A DNA stretch of 62,864 nt, filler included. It is 14 parts of 14 records of this genome, joined end to end, with 100 filler letters (N's around TTAATTAATTAA, not from the genome) between each part and the next. Parts side by side here need not be neighbours in the genome. Positions count along the whole stretch, not along the records: positions 11,498 to 20,310 come from SRR7504441_8328; positions 20,411 to 25,137 come from SRR7504441_8329; positions 25,238 to 28,608 come from SRR7504441_8333; 11 more parts are not named here. One strand, written 5' to 3'. The position numbers were made by a program, and so were the translations under genes. Under the pieces are notes generated by a model that did not search any database, was not told where the DNA came from, and saw only the letters and a list, made by a program, of their open reading frames with translations. Shown piece after piece: positions 11,971 through 25,407 of the stretch. Within the stretch, counting starts at the first letter, position 1; each line of letters opens with the position of its first letter.

Positions 11971-13927
11971 ATGGCTGCGTGCTTGGAGGAGCTGCTTGAG
12001 CAGTCGGACGCGGCCTCGGTCAGGTACCAGGCTACACTGCAGCGGTCGCGCCAGCTACAGTCCGATCTGGCCCAGCACCGCTGGCAGTGCCAACCCGCCC
12101 CCCGCCCGACAGACGCGCCTGGGCGCCCGCTGCCGGAGACCCGGCCCGAGATGAGCCGGCTCGGACAGCAGAAGGTCCGCCACCCGCCGCGGCCGCCCCG
12201 ACTGAGCCGTTGGGACCAGGCTGAAATCACAGACCGGATTGCGCGGATGAAACAGGCCGCTGGAAGCTCGCCAGAGCCCTTCAGCGCGCCGGTCGTGCCG
12301 GCTGGCGCGGCTGTCGAGCACGCTGTCGAGCCGGAGGTGGCTGGTAGCTCGGTTGAGCCTGCTGCAGCGGAGGTCGCCACCACCGAGGCGGCGGAGCAGG
12401 TCGAGCATACTGAGCCGCTGCAGCCGGGCTCTGCCGAGCATACTGAGCCGCTGGCGACTCTGCCAAAGTCGGCGGCCGTCCAGACTCTGCAGGAAGAGGC
12501 TGAGCTGAGCCTGTTGCACTCCCGGTACCGAGCCCAGCTCGCAAAGCACAAGCAGCAGCCGAGCCCGATCCAGTCGACTGACACGACTGAGTCAACAGAA
12601 ACACCAGAAGTGGCCATCAGGCGACTCCGGGTCGAGCAAGCGCTGCAAGAGGCACAGAAACGGCGGATGCAGGTGCGGGAGGCCGGCAGGTCGGCAGAGA
12701 GCGAGCCGACTGGAGCTATTGCCCAGATCGGGGCCGCGCCGGCTGCACTGGAGCCAGAGCAGCCGGTCGATGGGTCAGCCGAACCAAGTCTGACGCCGCC
12801 GTGCAGCCACGAGCAATCACCAGAGCCCAGCCCAGCCCATGAGCCGGTAGAAGCCGTGAGCGATCAGTCCCCAGCTGGGACGGCGGTGCCTGCGGCTGAG
12901 CATCACGCCGCCCTGGCCAGGCTGGCGGCCGAGATGAAGGTGCACGTCCAGGCCGCCCAGGGAGCCTCTGCCGAGCTGGAGCAGCGCCGCGCCGAGCTTC
13001 GTGAGCTGCGGGCGCAGCATGAGACCACCCGAGCTGAGCTGGCGGTGCGGTGCCGAGCTGGAAGGGGCTGAGCATCGAGCAGGTGGCGATGGCGGGTGGG
13101 TCATCCAAGGTGGAGCGGCGCCGGCGGGAGGTCGAGGCCAAGCAAGAGGCCGCTCGGGCGCTGGAGCAGCTTGGGGCGCTGGACCGACAGAAGGGCGAGC
13201 TGGAGCAGCAGCTGGGGGAGCTGCGGGGGCTGCTAGCTGAGGCCGAGCAGCAAGCGGCCACGCATGCTGCCCGCGAGACAGGGTTGGAAGAGAGGCTCGC
13301 CTGCCAGGCCAAGCAGATCGAGCAGGCCGAGCACGAGGCCAGTGGTTGGCTCAGGCCCGGGCTGACGGCTGGCTGCAGGGTCAGGACCTGCGAGAGGCCC
13401 TGGAGGCCGCCAGGCGTGAGGCAGAGCAGGCGAGCGCCTCCATGGAGCAGGCGATTTGCGACGCACGCAACGAGCACACCGACCGGGTCGCACACCTCGA
13501 GGGGGCGCTGCAGAGCCGGAGGCACAACGAGGCGAGAGTGCTAGCCCTCGAGGAGACAGTGGTAGCTCTGCAGGATGAGCTAGGCAAGGCGTCTTCGGAG
13601 CCGGAAACGCTGGCCCGGCTCGACAAGGTCTGCCGAGAGAAGCGGCTTCTTGAGGTGCGAAACGAGGCGCTGAAGGATGCGCTGGCCGAAATGGAGGCTG
13701 AGCTAGCGGCGTGCAATACAAAGCAGAGTGAGCAGAACAAGATGGAGGTTCGCGTACTGCACTCGGAACTGAGGCAAGCGCGCGCAGCGCTTGCTACAGC
13801 CGAGCAAGCGCACAAACAGCGAGTTGGCAAGCTGCAGGCCGAGCTGGAGCGAGCGGCCAATCATGGGTTTGCTAAGAGCACTCCGACTAGCCTGCCAACC
13901 AGCCCTCAATCGCCACTGGCGGCGTAG
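11971..13927 (+). CDS. Coiled-coil protein with P/E/A-rich N-terminal half
   Basis: Three consecutive ORFs joined by two short introns (one GC-AG, 13338-13378). Heptad-rich E/Q/A/L C-terminal part. Confidence 0.75.
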
Positions 13928-14118
13928 AATTGTGTAGACAGCCAAACACAATCATACTGTACCATCATTATACTAGATCATTATGCAATCATGTATATGC
14001 ACAATGCAATCATGTACATGTAATTACTATGTGCAATCATGTATTAAATCAAACGAAAAAATGATGCAATAGATATTGGCCTATGCACCTTCGAGTACTA
14101 CATTAACTAATTAGCGTG

Positions 14119-15214
14119 TCACAGCTGTCGTAACCCCAAGATTACTGTCAGCTGCTCGTACGCTAAGAATTGTATAGCAGTATTCGGCCCGGCCCGGATC
14201 AAGTTGGCTGTCAGCCCTGCATTGCAGCTCTCAGCCGGAAGGATCCCGCAGCAAGCTCACCGCGATACAGTGCAGTGAACCCCTCCTGTTTGACCACTTT
14301 GACCAGGCAGTCGATCGATCCGGTGTACAGCCTGGCGCCGCCGTCCGCCATCGCGCCCTGCCGGACCATAACCCGAGCCCCTGGCCCTGGCCTAGAGACC
14401 TGAAGCTGCATTCTACGGCGCACAGTGTCGATGGGGTAAGAACACGTCTGGCTGATCATGCCTGACATTGCGCCGATGCTCAGCTTGATGGGCACTGAAA
14501 CGTGGCCTTCGTCCGACTTGGGCGCAAGGCTGCCGCTGTGTCAGGTCCGACTAGTTGGGACGGCACCTCTTCAGCAAGTCGTAGCACGCGAAGTTGACAC
14601 CGGCATAAGGGACAATCCCCGCCAGAGTCGGGGCCATCCCACTGTACAGCCCGCGCAGCCCCTCCCGCTGGACCGTCTGCCGGGCGCAGTCCAGGATTCC
14701 GTTGTAACCGCCGCTGGTCATCATCAGCCGGGAGCGGATGAGATCCAGCGGGTAGGTCAGCACTGTGGTGGTGACCCCCGAGAGCGCCCCAGCCGCCAGC
14801 ACCTGCAATGGGCTGCTCCCACGGCCAGTGACACCCATCAGCTCCTTGTAACGGTCATTACACAGGAACAGAATCCCCTTATTCGGCACAATCCGCACCA
14901 CCTGACCCGCCGCCGTCCGCCTCGCTCCCCGGGCAGAAGCGCACGTTGGCGAAATTGCCGTTCCAGAAGCCGAGCAGTCCGCTCCGGGCGTAGACCTGCC
15001 GGACCACCCCGGGTATGCTGGCGGTCTGGCCCGGGTTCTCGAGGCCCCAAACTTGGCAGAGCATTTTGACCCGCTCCAGCGGTGCCACGCAGCTCTTGGC
15101 CACAGCCCCGGCCCCGCCCCCGGCCAGCAGCTGCCGGAGTACGTGCTCGGGCTCCCCGCTCGCCACCGGCCGCAGTTTCCACCACTTATTGCCATTGAGC
15201 ACCGGACCTCCCAT
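14119..15214 (-). CDS. Mitochondrial carrier family (SLC25) protein, 4 introns
   Basis: Three Px[DE]xx[KR]xR motifs (APLERVK, YPLDLIRSR, YPIDTVRRRMQ) plus GFWNGNFANV, GLYSG and PYAGVNFACYD. Confidence 0.93.
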
Positions 15215-15303
15215 CTTGAGCGCGCCCCTCCGAGCCGACCGTGACCTCCGGCTCGACCGCTTTGTCGTTTGCGGTTGGGACTGCAGTTCAGAGTTGCTGA
15301 ACA

Positions 15304-18300
15304 ATGTACAGCCGCAAGCTGGCCAGCGGCCGGTGGTGGCCAGTGCTGGTGCTATCGGGGCTGGTCAGCGCGAAGCTGCCGCTCCAGCTCGAGCCGCCTA
15401 GCCCGGTCAGCAGGCCAGAACCAGGCATACTGACCCGGCTGGGCAGGAGCGGCGTCTGGCTTGGCACGGAAAAGCCAGCAGGCTCGATGCTGGAACTCAC
15501 CTTCGCCTGCGGACCGGCAACCGGCGCTCGAGCTGCGGGTGTGAGGGCCCCGGCGTCGATACGACGCTCGACGCAATAGTATGCGGGGTGCTTGGCGACT
15601 TCTACGAGGCCACAGGTGCGCGCGGCCGCGGCAGGTGGTAAGGGGCGGGGAAGGGGGCACCGGGTGGGCCGACAACGAGAACTGGTGCGGCGGGGAAACT
15701 TTCTGCGACTGGTACGCTGTGACGTGCCGGTCGAACGTCGTAGTAAAGCTGCAAATAGGCACGAATTCGCTCACGGGTCATATTCCGGACACTCTGTGCT
15801 CACTCACGTCTTTGTTGAACTTGAGGTTGGGCTACAACTCGCTCTCAGGCAACATCCCCGCCACGCTGGGGTCACTCACCAAGCTGAAGAGTATGTTTTT
15901 GATGGAGAACTCGCTCTCGGGCACGATTCCCACATCCCTGGTGTCGCTCAGTCGCCTGCAGTCTGTAATCTTCCGGCTGAATTCACTCTCGGGCACAATT
16001 CCTACAATTCTGGGCCTCCTCACTCAACAGGTGCAGTATCTGCTTCTGGACCAGAACTCGTTCTCGGGCACTCTGCCCCCCACGCTGAGCTCGCTCAGTA
16101 GACTGGAATCATTGATGCTTGGCCAGAACGCACTTTCAGGCAGTCTGCCCGACGCACTGAGCTTGCTCACGCGGTTGGAACATCTGGCTCTGCAGCAGAA
16201 TAATTTCTCAGGCTCGATACCGAGCACGCTGGACTTACTCACCAGCGCAACGCATCTGTTCTTGCAGCAGAACAATTTCTCGGGCTCAATCCCAACCACG
16301 CTGGGCCTGCTCACTCAACAAATGCAATACACGTATCTCCTTCTCGATCAGAACTCACTTTCAGGCAGCCTACCCGACACATTGAGGTCGCTCACGATGC
16401 TACAGTATGTCACGCTCGACCAGAACTCACTTTCAGGCAGCCTACCCGACCTTGGGGCACTCACTGCACTATTACAGCTAACATTGAGCCGGAACCAGCT
16501 GTCAGGCGAAGTCCCGAGCGCATTTGCATCCATGACCAGGCTAAAGAATCTGATCGTAAGTCAAAATCTGCTCAGCGGTACTTTGTCGGGTGAATTGCAA
16601 ACTCTGACTGGCCTGAAGTCCTTCATGGTCGATCGCAACCGTCTGAGTGGACAGGTCCCAGGCGGCTTCTCTGCGTGGACGTGGCTGCAGTATCTCTCCA
16701 TTTTTGACAATTCTGACCTGAACTGGAGCCCGGAACTGTTGGCCAGTTATCCACATCTAGAGGCGGCTCTGATGCAGAACTGCAGCCTTGATGCAGAGCT
16801 CCCTCAGCAGCTACCATTCGCCTCTAGCCTCCGGACACTGCTGCTAGATTCCAACAAGCTTCGGGGTACCATGCCAGAGAATATGTTAGTCGGTCTGACT
16901 TCGTTAATCACACTTACGCTCTCCAATAATGACCACCTCTCTGGGACGCTGCCACAAGCGCTTGGACAGCTTCCGGATCTGGCCGAGGTGTTGGCCCACG
17001 GGATGAGGCTGAGCGGCTCTCTTCCTGCAGCATGGAGCAGCCAGCGCCGGACTGGGATCTCATCACTGAAAACTGTATCCCTGGCGAGGAACTACCTACG
17101 GGGTCCAATCGATGGCTTGAATGAGGCTACTGGCCTGACGACCCTGTTGCTGTCGGGGAACTACCTCAGTGGCAATGCGGCAACAATGGATTCCACATAT
17201 AATCTCGCTACTGGTACCTTCGCTGAGCCGAGTGCAGCGGCCCTCCAAACTATCGGACTGGCAGTAGCCTCTGCTGGTGCGGGAAGTATTACCATCAGCG
17301 CCATTGCTGGCAGCGGGTTATCATTCGAGGTGACCTATGCGGGTTCAAATCCATTCGAAAGTGTACAACCAACCGTGTATGACAACGTAATTGTTTCTCT
17401 CTGAGCAAATTGCTGACTAGGCTCGGCAGATGGCGCTTGTCTTCTCCGGCAACGAGCAACTCACTGTGAGAGCCGCGTTGCTACCACCGACGGAAGCCGG
17501 GTGTGTGTCCCTAGAAGCAGTTTGTTATTGACAATTGCCAGGCTCTTGCTTGAGAGGGATCGGATTCGCCAGGGCAGGCATGGCATGTTTGCAGGCGATG
17601 CTGCGATGAAGCAGTTTGTGTTCATTGTGCTCCCGGGCATCATCCTCGTGCACCTGGCTGCGGTGCTGCTCGCACTCAGACCCTGCGCTTCGTCACAAGA
17701 GGATACACTTGAGCTGGGTGGTTCCTCAGAAGCAGCAGAATCTCCAGTAGTAGAGCTCGAAGGGCCCCAGGCCGAGAACGAGGCATATTGTGAGCTGGCG
17801 ATTGGATCTGCTGGTGGCACGCCTTTGCCGGATGAGCAAATCGAAGAGGAGACATCTTCACGCACGTCCACCGGACTGTGTTGCATGGAAGACTACTGCG
17901 GTCAGCTGAAATCCATGCAAGCAGTCCAAGTCACGCTGCAGGTCAGGATTCGGCAGTACCTGTTTCCTGCCCTGCTGATGAACACTAGTGGGAACCCGCT
18001 CGAGCACGGCCCACTCACCCACTTGCTCCGGCTCTCATGGTACTCCAAGTGGAAGCTTCTTGTAGTCATGTCGGTCGCTGCTGGATTGGGCGTCCTTGAT
18101 GCTCTCAGCGATGGGATTTACGACTCCGATGGTGGGCAGATCAATCCGGTACTTCGTCTGACGACAGTTTCGATCATTGTCGACACAGTCTACGGCTGCT
18201 GCTGGTCGGTGTTCGCAAGCCTGATAACCTTCGGCGCTGGTGTTCTATTCGTGCGCTTGCAGCATGACATCTGGGACCGGGCAAGACGAGTGGGAAATCT

Positions 18301-20183
18301 ACTTCGATTGCTGTGTCACCTGGCTGCGAGCGGTTCAAAGTGTGCGCTGCCTGTCATCGAGTGGAGGGCAAAGGTTCAAGATACCAGCACGTGGAGAACA
18401 GAATGTAGACACATTAGACAACCAAACATGTGGACGGAATGTATCTGTAACATGTGGACGGATACACGGAATGTTGGACGGACCATTGTCTTTTACTTGG
18501 TACAGATTCCACTTGCATGTTTGGCGTGCAGTCCAGCTGCCGCGTTTGTGTTAGTTCGTAATCTGCCGGACGAGAAGGGCTTAGAGATATTTGGCAATTC
18601 ACTCTTTGTGGCTGTTGCAAATGTGGCTATCAGCAAGCTGGTTATCGCACCTGTGGAGAAGTGCCTGGCCAGGTTCAGGTACCGGCTCCCCAGCGATGTC
18701 ACACCCCGGACTCCGGCTGTGGTGCTTTATCTGAGCACTCAAGCAAGGTCAGACCACACGCATTAACTAATGGCAGCTGAGAATTGCCCAAGGACTGGAT
18801 TTGCCATGAAGACTGTGGGCCTGCTGCTAACGCCGTTGATCGCGACCTTCTTCCTCGATGACAGGTGGGCGCTGTGGCTCGATGTCGGCCTAACCCTGCT
18901 TGTGCAGCTGTCTTCGTTACTACCTCCAGTTTGACCGAGACCTCCGCTCGCTGCTCGATGCATGGGGGATTGGAGTCACCGGCCCCGAGGCCTACCGGAG
19001 GGGGTCAGTCGCAGTGGCAGCCTCCTCCTCGTGATCTATGGGTTCCGGCAGGTTTTGCTCAAGAAGACTCCTGGCCGAGTTTAGCTGGGTATGGATGAAC
19101 ACCATTGTCATCTCCAGCCTCTTCATGCCCGCAGTGGACCTGATCCAAGCTTTGCCGCTGATCAAGCGCTGCCGTGCGCAGATTAAGACAAAGCTAGGCG
19201 AGCTTTGCTCTTGGATCTCAACAAACCAGCCTTCAGATGTGGAAACGACCCTCAAGCATGCAGCAAGTATGCAGGAGAAAGTCATCGATGCGGTACTCGT
19301 ACTGCAAATCGCTGTTGTGTTTGGACCTCTGGTGCCTTGGTTACTCATCTTTGCGCCTTTCGGCGGCTGCTTGCAATTAGTGGCACTGTGCTGGTGCAAC
19401 CAGATAGATCCAAAGCCTTTCGGCGAGGAGCTAGCAGTGCGGCTCCTAGCGCAGCTTCCCACTGTTCGGTACTTTCTTGTTTGGCTACTCTCTCTGGCCT
19501 TTTTAAGCACTGCTCTTGTCATGGTGGACCTTGAGTTCCCTCAGACCGCAATGATACTATATGGTGCTCTCATAGTCGTGCAAGTTGGAGTCTTATATTA
19601 TTTGCACAGGAGATGGTCCGCCAGCGCTGATGACGCGCCTGCTACAGGCATTATAATGGAATATCTCGACGTGCCTGCTGAGGCACCGGACTTAACACCG
19701 GACTTAAGTGAAATGTCTGAAGCATCTGAAGCATTTGACCTGGAGATCGTGAAGACAGATTCATCACACATCGACTTGGTATCGCCCATGTCTGGTTCGG
19801 ACAATCAGCTCCGAGCAGGCAAGAAGCTTAAGAATCACACGAGAGGAGAATCTATCTTTGCAGACCGAAACGACTTGACCTCGCAATTGGGATCATGTCA
19901 CCCTAAGATTGGGATGCCACCGCCAGGACTCCATGACCCAGGGTCGAGGCATTATCTTGACAATTGCTGTGAACAACCCCAAGACAACAGAAGCATGAGC
20001 GTAATTGCCAAAGAAGACATAGGTGTCCTGTTAACTCCTGAAGAAGACGTGTCAGAAACCGTGAAGGCATGGCGGCAGCGATATACAGGGGGGACTCAAA
20101 GGAAGAAGACACGTCAGATGCCGACCGGAGTCGACGCGGCCGACAACTCCACCATCGAAGCGATTGCCGATAAAAGAGCTTAG
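15304..20183 (+). CDS. Signal peptide + plant-type LRR ectodomain + multi-pass membrane region + acidic tail (receptor-like protein)
   Basis: LRRNT-like DFYEATGGTGW..NW..CDWYAVTC, about 19 LxxLxLxxNxLSGxIP repeats, then many hydrophobic helices across the 17501 and 19038 ORFs, joined by short introns. Confidence 0.85.
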
Positions 20184-21376
20184 TGTGAGGTTAATCGAAG
20201 AAATTGGCAAAGACTCAATTCACTTCATTGGTAAACTGTATGCTCGGTTCTAGGCTTCTAGCTTCGATCATGATCAATCGAGGATCTGTATTGCACCCTA
20301 TGAGGGCTTANNNNNNNNNNNNNNNNNNNNNNNNNNNNNNNNNNNNNNNNNNNNTTAATTAATTAANNNNNNNNNNNNNNNNNNNNNNNNNNNNNNNNNN
20401 NNNNNNNNNNTTCGAGAGCGCTGTTGTTGTAGAGTAAGTATCTAGACTATATAAGTTACATGTTAATTGATTTGCGGTGATAAGATGGCTATGGCTGACC
20501 ATACATATTTGTCATCGCCGAATTCTTCAAAGGCTACATGATTGGCTCATTGAGCGCGTTCAAGGCACCCCGTTCGAGTTTGATTATTTGATCATGATGG
20601 ACTATAATTATATATATAATGTCCTACAGTAACTGATGTCCCGCACTGGCCGCGGAGCGGTTCGTGGGTGGGCTAGGGGCACCGGGGAGGATGCCGGTAG
20701 TATCCCCGGGCCCTCGGGCATCTCATTGGCCCTTGTAGCGGTGCTCACCGGCCCCATCGACCCGGCCCAAGTGCGTTGCGTGCACGGGATAGACGAGCTA
20801 TCGACCAGCTCGAGCGGCTGCAGGCTTACCTAGCTGCAGGCTATGCGTGGCAAACCGGACTAGTTCGCCATGTATTCGCCATGATTGATCGTGAGGGCGA
20901 GCGGGCGACCAAACCTAGCGTTTACGAACTGGATGAGTCCCAAGGAAGAAGCTGAAAAGCGGTAACAACTCTGTTCGTCTTGACCTTTTGAGGGAAGAGG
21001 TAACAACTTTCCTCTTGGGGAAACAAAAGTTACGGACCAGCACAAAGATGGCGCACACCTGTCTGCTGATCGCGCTCGCGGTGGCCACCGGCCTGACCGC
21101 CGCCATCCCGACCGAATGGTGAGATTGCTAAGGACCAGTTCGACAAGATACGATTGCTTACCTTGAATGCGGAGCGCAACTAGAGCGCAACCACAACGAG
21201 AAGAAGAAGATGACCATGGGAACCTCCCGCATGGGAAGGTCTTTGGACCTGCCCAAGCGCAGCCACAACGAGAAGAAGAGGGGGGACTACAATCATGTAG
21301 AGCTGGATCCACTTATTCTACAACGTTATTGAACGAGAGTAGTGATGGTATAATTATTTCATTGCATGGCATTGTA

Positions 21377-23456
21377 TTATTTAATTTGTTGATCTAAGTT
21401 GAGCTCGTTCACCACATCGTGCACGACCTTGAACCGCGTATCTAGCTCGGCTTGGATCACCCTGGCCGGGTAGCCCATCCTGAACCAGACCCGCACTTGC
21501 CTCAGCAGGTCGTCGTGGATCTCGGCCGGGCAGACCACCTCAAACCTGTGGTGCGTCTCCTCCTCGAGCGCAGCCAGCTGGCGCATCCCCTCCACCTTCT
21601 CCACGATCAGACAGCACGGCATCTCCAGCTGGTGCATCCGGTGCAGCGCGTACGCTGCCGCCACTGTCTGCGAAGTGGATCTGGGGTAGTAGACCAGCCT
21701 TGGGATCGCGCCCGAGCCCTCACTCGCTTGGGCCGCGGCCCGCTGCTCCAGGAACTCTCCCAGCCCCTTGCTGGGCGAGCTGTCCGGCCCGAGCGTGTTT
21801 GCCTCGTCCGCGTCGACCACCCGCCAGCCGAGCGGGGCCAGGAACTGCTTCATGCCCTGGTAATACTCCTGCGAGCAAGTCTCAAAGCATACCACCCGCA
21901 TACTATATACTATACTATACCTGCGAGCACGTCTCAAAGCATACCACCCGCCGCCTGCTTGCGTCGGCCTTTGACAGCCAATCGAGCACCTGAGCCCGGA
22001 TAGCCCCAGCCCCGGCCCGGGCAGCGCCTGGAGCAGCACTGGCGCAGAGTCGTCCACAAACACATCCAACTCGCCTCGCTCGATCGCCCGATCGCGCACC
22101 GGATATGCCCGGCCCGACCCACTCACCTGGGCCTGGTGCGAGTTGCCTAACAGCACCCGGACGACCTGCCCTGACTCGGCCGGCTGGCGGGGCTGGCCGC
22201 ACCCGGCTGGTCTTGCCTAGCGAGCCCCTGGCCTGCTGCGAGAGCAGCTGGAAGCCCAGCACAGCCTCGGTCACCTGCCCGACCGCTCACAGGGGCCGGG
22301 GGTGGGTGGAAGACAGTGAGGTCGTCGTTGTGCTGGGCCTTGAGCACAGAGAGCGAGTTCTCCGACTCGGTGGTGTCGGCCTCAATGCAGAGGAGCTTCT
22401 TGCCTGTGGAGGTGCTCAGCTGCCACTTGAGGCTCGGACGGAGCCCCAGCCAGGCCCACCACTGGCCTGCGCCTCTATCAGCCTACCCGGCCAGAGGCTC
22501 ACCGTGCGTGCCCGGGTCGACTTGCCAGAAGCACGGAGAGTTGCCCTGCTGGCTGTGCCGCCTGACTAGGTCCTTGATCTTCTCCGGCTGCTCAAACACA
22601 GGGAACAGGTGCCCGCCGTACCGCTCGAGCGCCAGCTCAGTTGTGTCGCTCTCCACGCCACAGATCCGGATAACTCGGCCGTACACATTGTCGATCGGGG
22701 GCTCGCGCCCGGATCGGACGCGCAGGTTGAACTCGGCGGTGGCGCGGGCCGAGTGGTTGATGATCCTGACCAGCTGAGTGACCAGCGTGAACCCGGCCAC
22801 TACAGAGCGGCAGGTCTGGTCGCCTGCACAAGGCTCACATCCGGCCTAGCTGAGGCACGCACCGTGCACCCAGAGCTGAAGCTGAGCGTCGGCCGCGCTG
22901 TGCCCAAAGCAGCGCAGCAGCTCCCCCGGGTCCAGACCTGCGCGCCCGGTGAGCCTGCCCAGCCACCGGCCAGACCTATGGCTTCGGCCACCAACGGGGC
23001 CGGTTTGGTGCCCCAAATGATGCTGCACAGGATGTTCTCCATCGCATACCGCGAGATGAAATGCAGCACCTCCAGATCCAACCCGCCCGCACCGACCAGC
23101 GGCCGAGCGCACATCAGCCAGGCCTCGTGACCCGCGAACCCGGCCACAGCGGTCACCGAGGCCCCCACCGCCACGACAGTACCCCGGGTGAGGATACGGT
23201 ACTCCATCACTGCCCGCATGGCGCGAGCCTGCCGGGTGGCCCAGCTCACCGGCTGGGGCAGGCTGCGCATCATCTGGTGCCACAGACGGCCCGGCTTGCT
23301 CGCCTTTTGCTGCATCGCGTCTCGGCTGAACTCGTCGCCCGGCTTCCAGAGCACCGCCGGCGGCCGATCCTTGGGCTCCGGCAGCAGCCGCACTGGGATC
23401 GACGAGACCCAACGCGGCCCCCTCAGCCGCCCCCTCAGCAGGCCTGCGACCCGCAT
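21377..23456 (-). CDS. Hypothetical membrane protein with an Arg-rich, mitochondrial-presequence-like N-terminus
   Basis: MRVAGLLRGRLRGPRWVSS start, hydrophobic segments, several short introns, last exon ends HDVVNELNLDQQIK*. No family recognised. Confidence 0.65.
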
Positions 23457-23540
23457 CTCTCTGCCACCAGCACTGGCAAGGCCGGCTGGAGCCGTTTGAG
23501 CCGATCTGCCAGCGGGCGCGTAGTCGAGAGTGCTCCCGGG

Positions 23541-25137
23541 ATGCTGGGCGGCGAGGAGCTGGTGAGGGCCGTGCTGGCGGCCAAGGACCGGTACGCGCTG
23601 CTTTCGCTCGGGTCGGAGGTCCCGCTGGCGGTGGGGCCCGATGGCTTCCTCAACCTGGAGGACGAGCAGGTGCGCCGGGTGTACACACGGCTGGCCGCCA
23701 GGGTGCACCCGGACAAGCTGGTCGGGTGCGATCGGGCCACAGAGGCATTTCAGGCGCTAATCCGTGCCTATGAGCTGTGCTGCAAACCTGAGCTCAGGGG
23801 CGATGAATCCGATGACTCTATCGATCTGCCGCCCGATAAGCAGAAGGCTCCGAAGAGGGCAAAGCCCAAGCGCAGAAAGCCGGCCGCGCAGACTAAACAG
23901 TCGAAGAAGGCGGCAGCCCGGACCCCAAAGCCCAAGAAGACGGCTGCCGGCGGGGGGAAGCGGCGGGCGGCCAGGCTGGACTCGGAGAGCGACGATTGGC
24001 TGGACGAGGATGATGATGAGGAGGAGGATGACGAAGCCGACGACGAGAGTAGCAGCAGCGACGATGACGTTGAGGAGGAGGAGGAGGGGGACACACCGCC
24101 GTCCAAGCCAGCGGCTCGGGCGAGGAGCAACGCGGGCTGCTTCAGGACCGGTGTGGCTTGCCCCAAGGTGGGCGATTGGCCCGGGCCTGGCTCAGGCTGG
24201 ACAGTGTCGTGCCAGCTGGGGCGATCACCTGAAGGCCGAGGGGAACGAGCTGCTTTACAGCCAGTTCATGCGAGGCCGGGCGCTGGTTCACTGCCTCCGG
24301 TGCCTGCTAGAGTTCGGGCCCCTCACAGCTAGCCACCTGTGCCCGCACTGCAAGTCACCGTTCGATTACTTACCAAGCCAGTACAACAAGAAGCTCACCT
24401 GCTCCAGCAAGAAGTGCTCCAAGCGGTGCCGCACGCAGCTTTGGGGGCTCACGCGGTGTAGGTTTGGTATCTTGCACGTAGATGACAGCAGCGCGAGGGC
24501 ACAGCACCAGCTGCATGTGATGGCCCAAGAGCGCCAGCGGAGGGAGGCCCAGGTGCATCTGCCGCTTGGGCCCTCAACCAGCGTGCTCGCAGAGTGAGAT
24601 GGCAGCGGCGAGAGCTGAGCGAGCCCAGCGCAACACAATAGAGGCAGATGCAGATGACTTTATGATGAAGCTCGGGGCCTTTATCGTGTCCGAGGACTGC
24701 CCCATCTGGTGAGCCAGGAGCTTGCTGCACGAGTCACTGGCGGTGCAGCAAGGCGATTGTGACTGTGGGCCACAAGGCGCACCTGCTCAAGTGCAACCAG
24801 GCTCCTGCTTGCATCTGAACTGTGGCAGGTGTCTGAAGAAACCAGCCAAGAAGCCCAAAGCTCCTCAGAAACCACCCAGAAAGCCCGCCGGCGTGAAGAA
24901 ACGGGCAACGAAGGCCAAGAAGCCGGCTGTGGCCAAGCGTAAGCGTGCAGCCGAAAGTGACGATAGTTCGTTCAGTGAAGACGACGAGAGTCCAAAGCGC
25001 AAGCGCGCACCAGCCAAGCCTAAGCGTGACGCCAAGAGACCAGCCAAGAAAGCTGCGAGCAAAAAGGTGCCCCCACCCAAAAAGCGGCCAAAAAAGGCGA
25101 AAGTCAAATACGTGAGCGACTCTGACGGCTCCGATGA
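23541..25137 (+). CDS. J-domain (DnaJ) protein with acidic tract, CxxC zinc-ribbon-like motifs and Lys/Pro-rich tail, 3'-truncated
   Basis: VRRVYTRLAARVHPDKL..ATEAFQALIRAYE (HPD motif), a D/E run, CLRC, CPHC, CSSKKC and a basic tail. Confidence 0.85.
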
Positions 25138-25407
25138 NNNNNNNNNNNNNNNNNNNNNNNNNNNNNNNNNNNNNNNNNNNNTTAATTAATTAANNNNNNN
25201 NNNNNNNNNNNNNNNNNNNNNNNNNNNNNNNNNNNNNCCTCTTGGCCTCGATCCGGTCTACCGCTTCGAGTAAAACCCTCAGACTCTCTGGATTTTGGGC
25301 CGTCCCCACGCAGCTGAATCTGGGCCAATGGATGTACCAACAGCAGCACGTGACGTGCGCCGAATCACGAGGTGCGGCGGTCACCCATCAGGCCGACTGC
25401 TCGCGAC

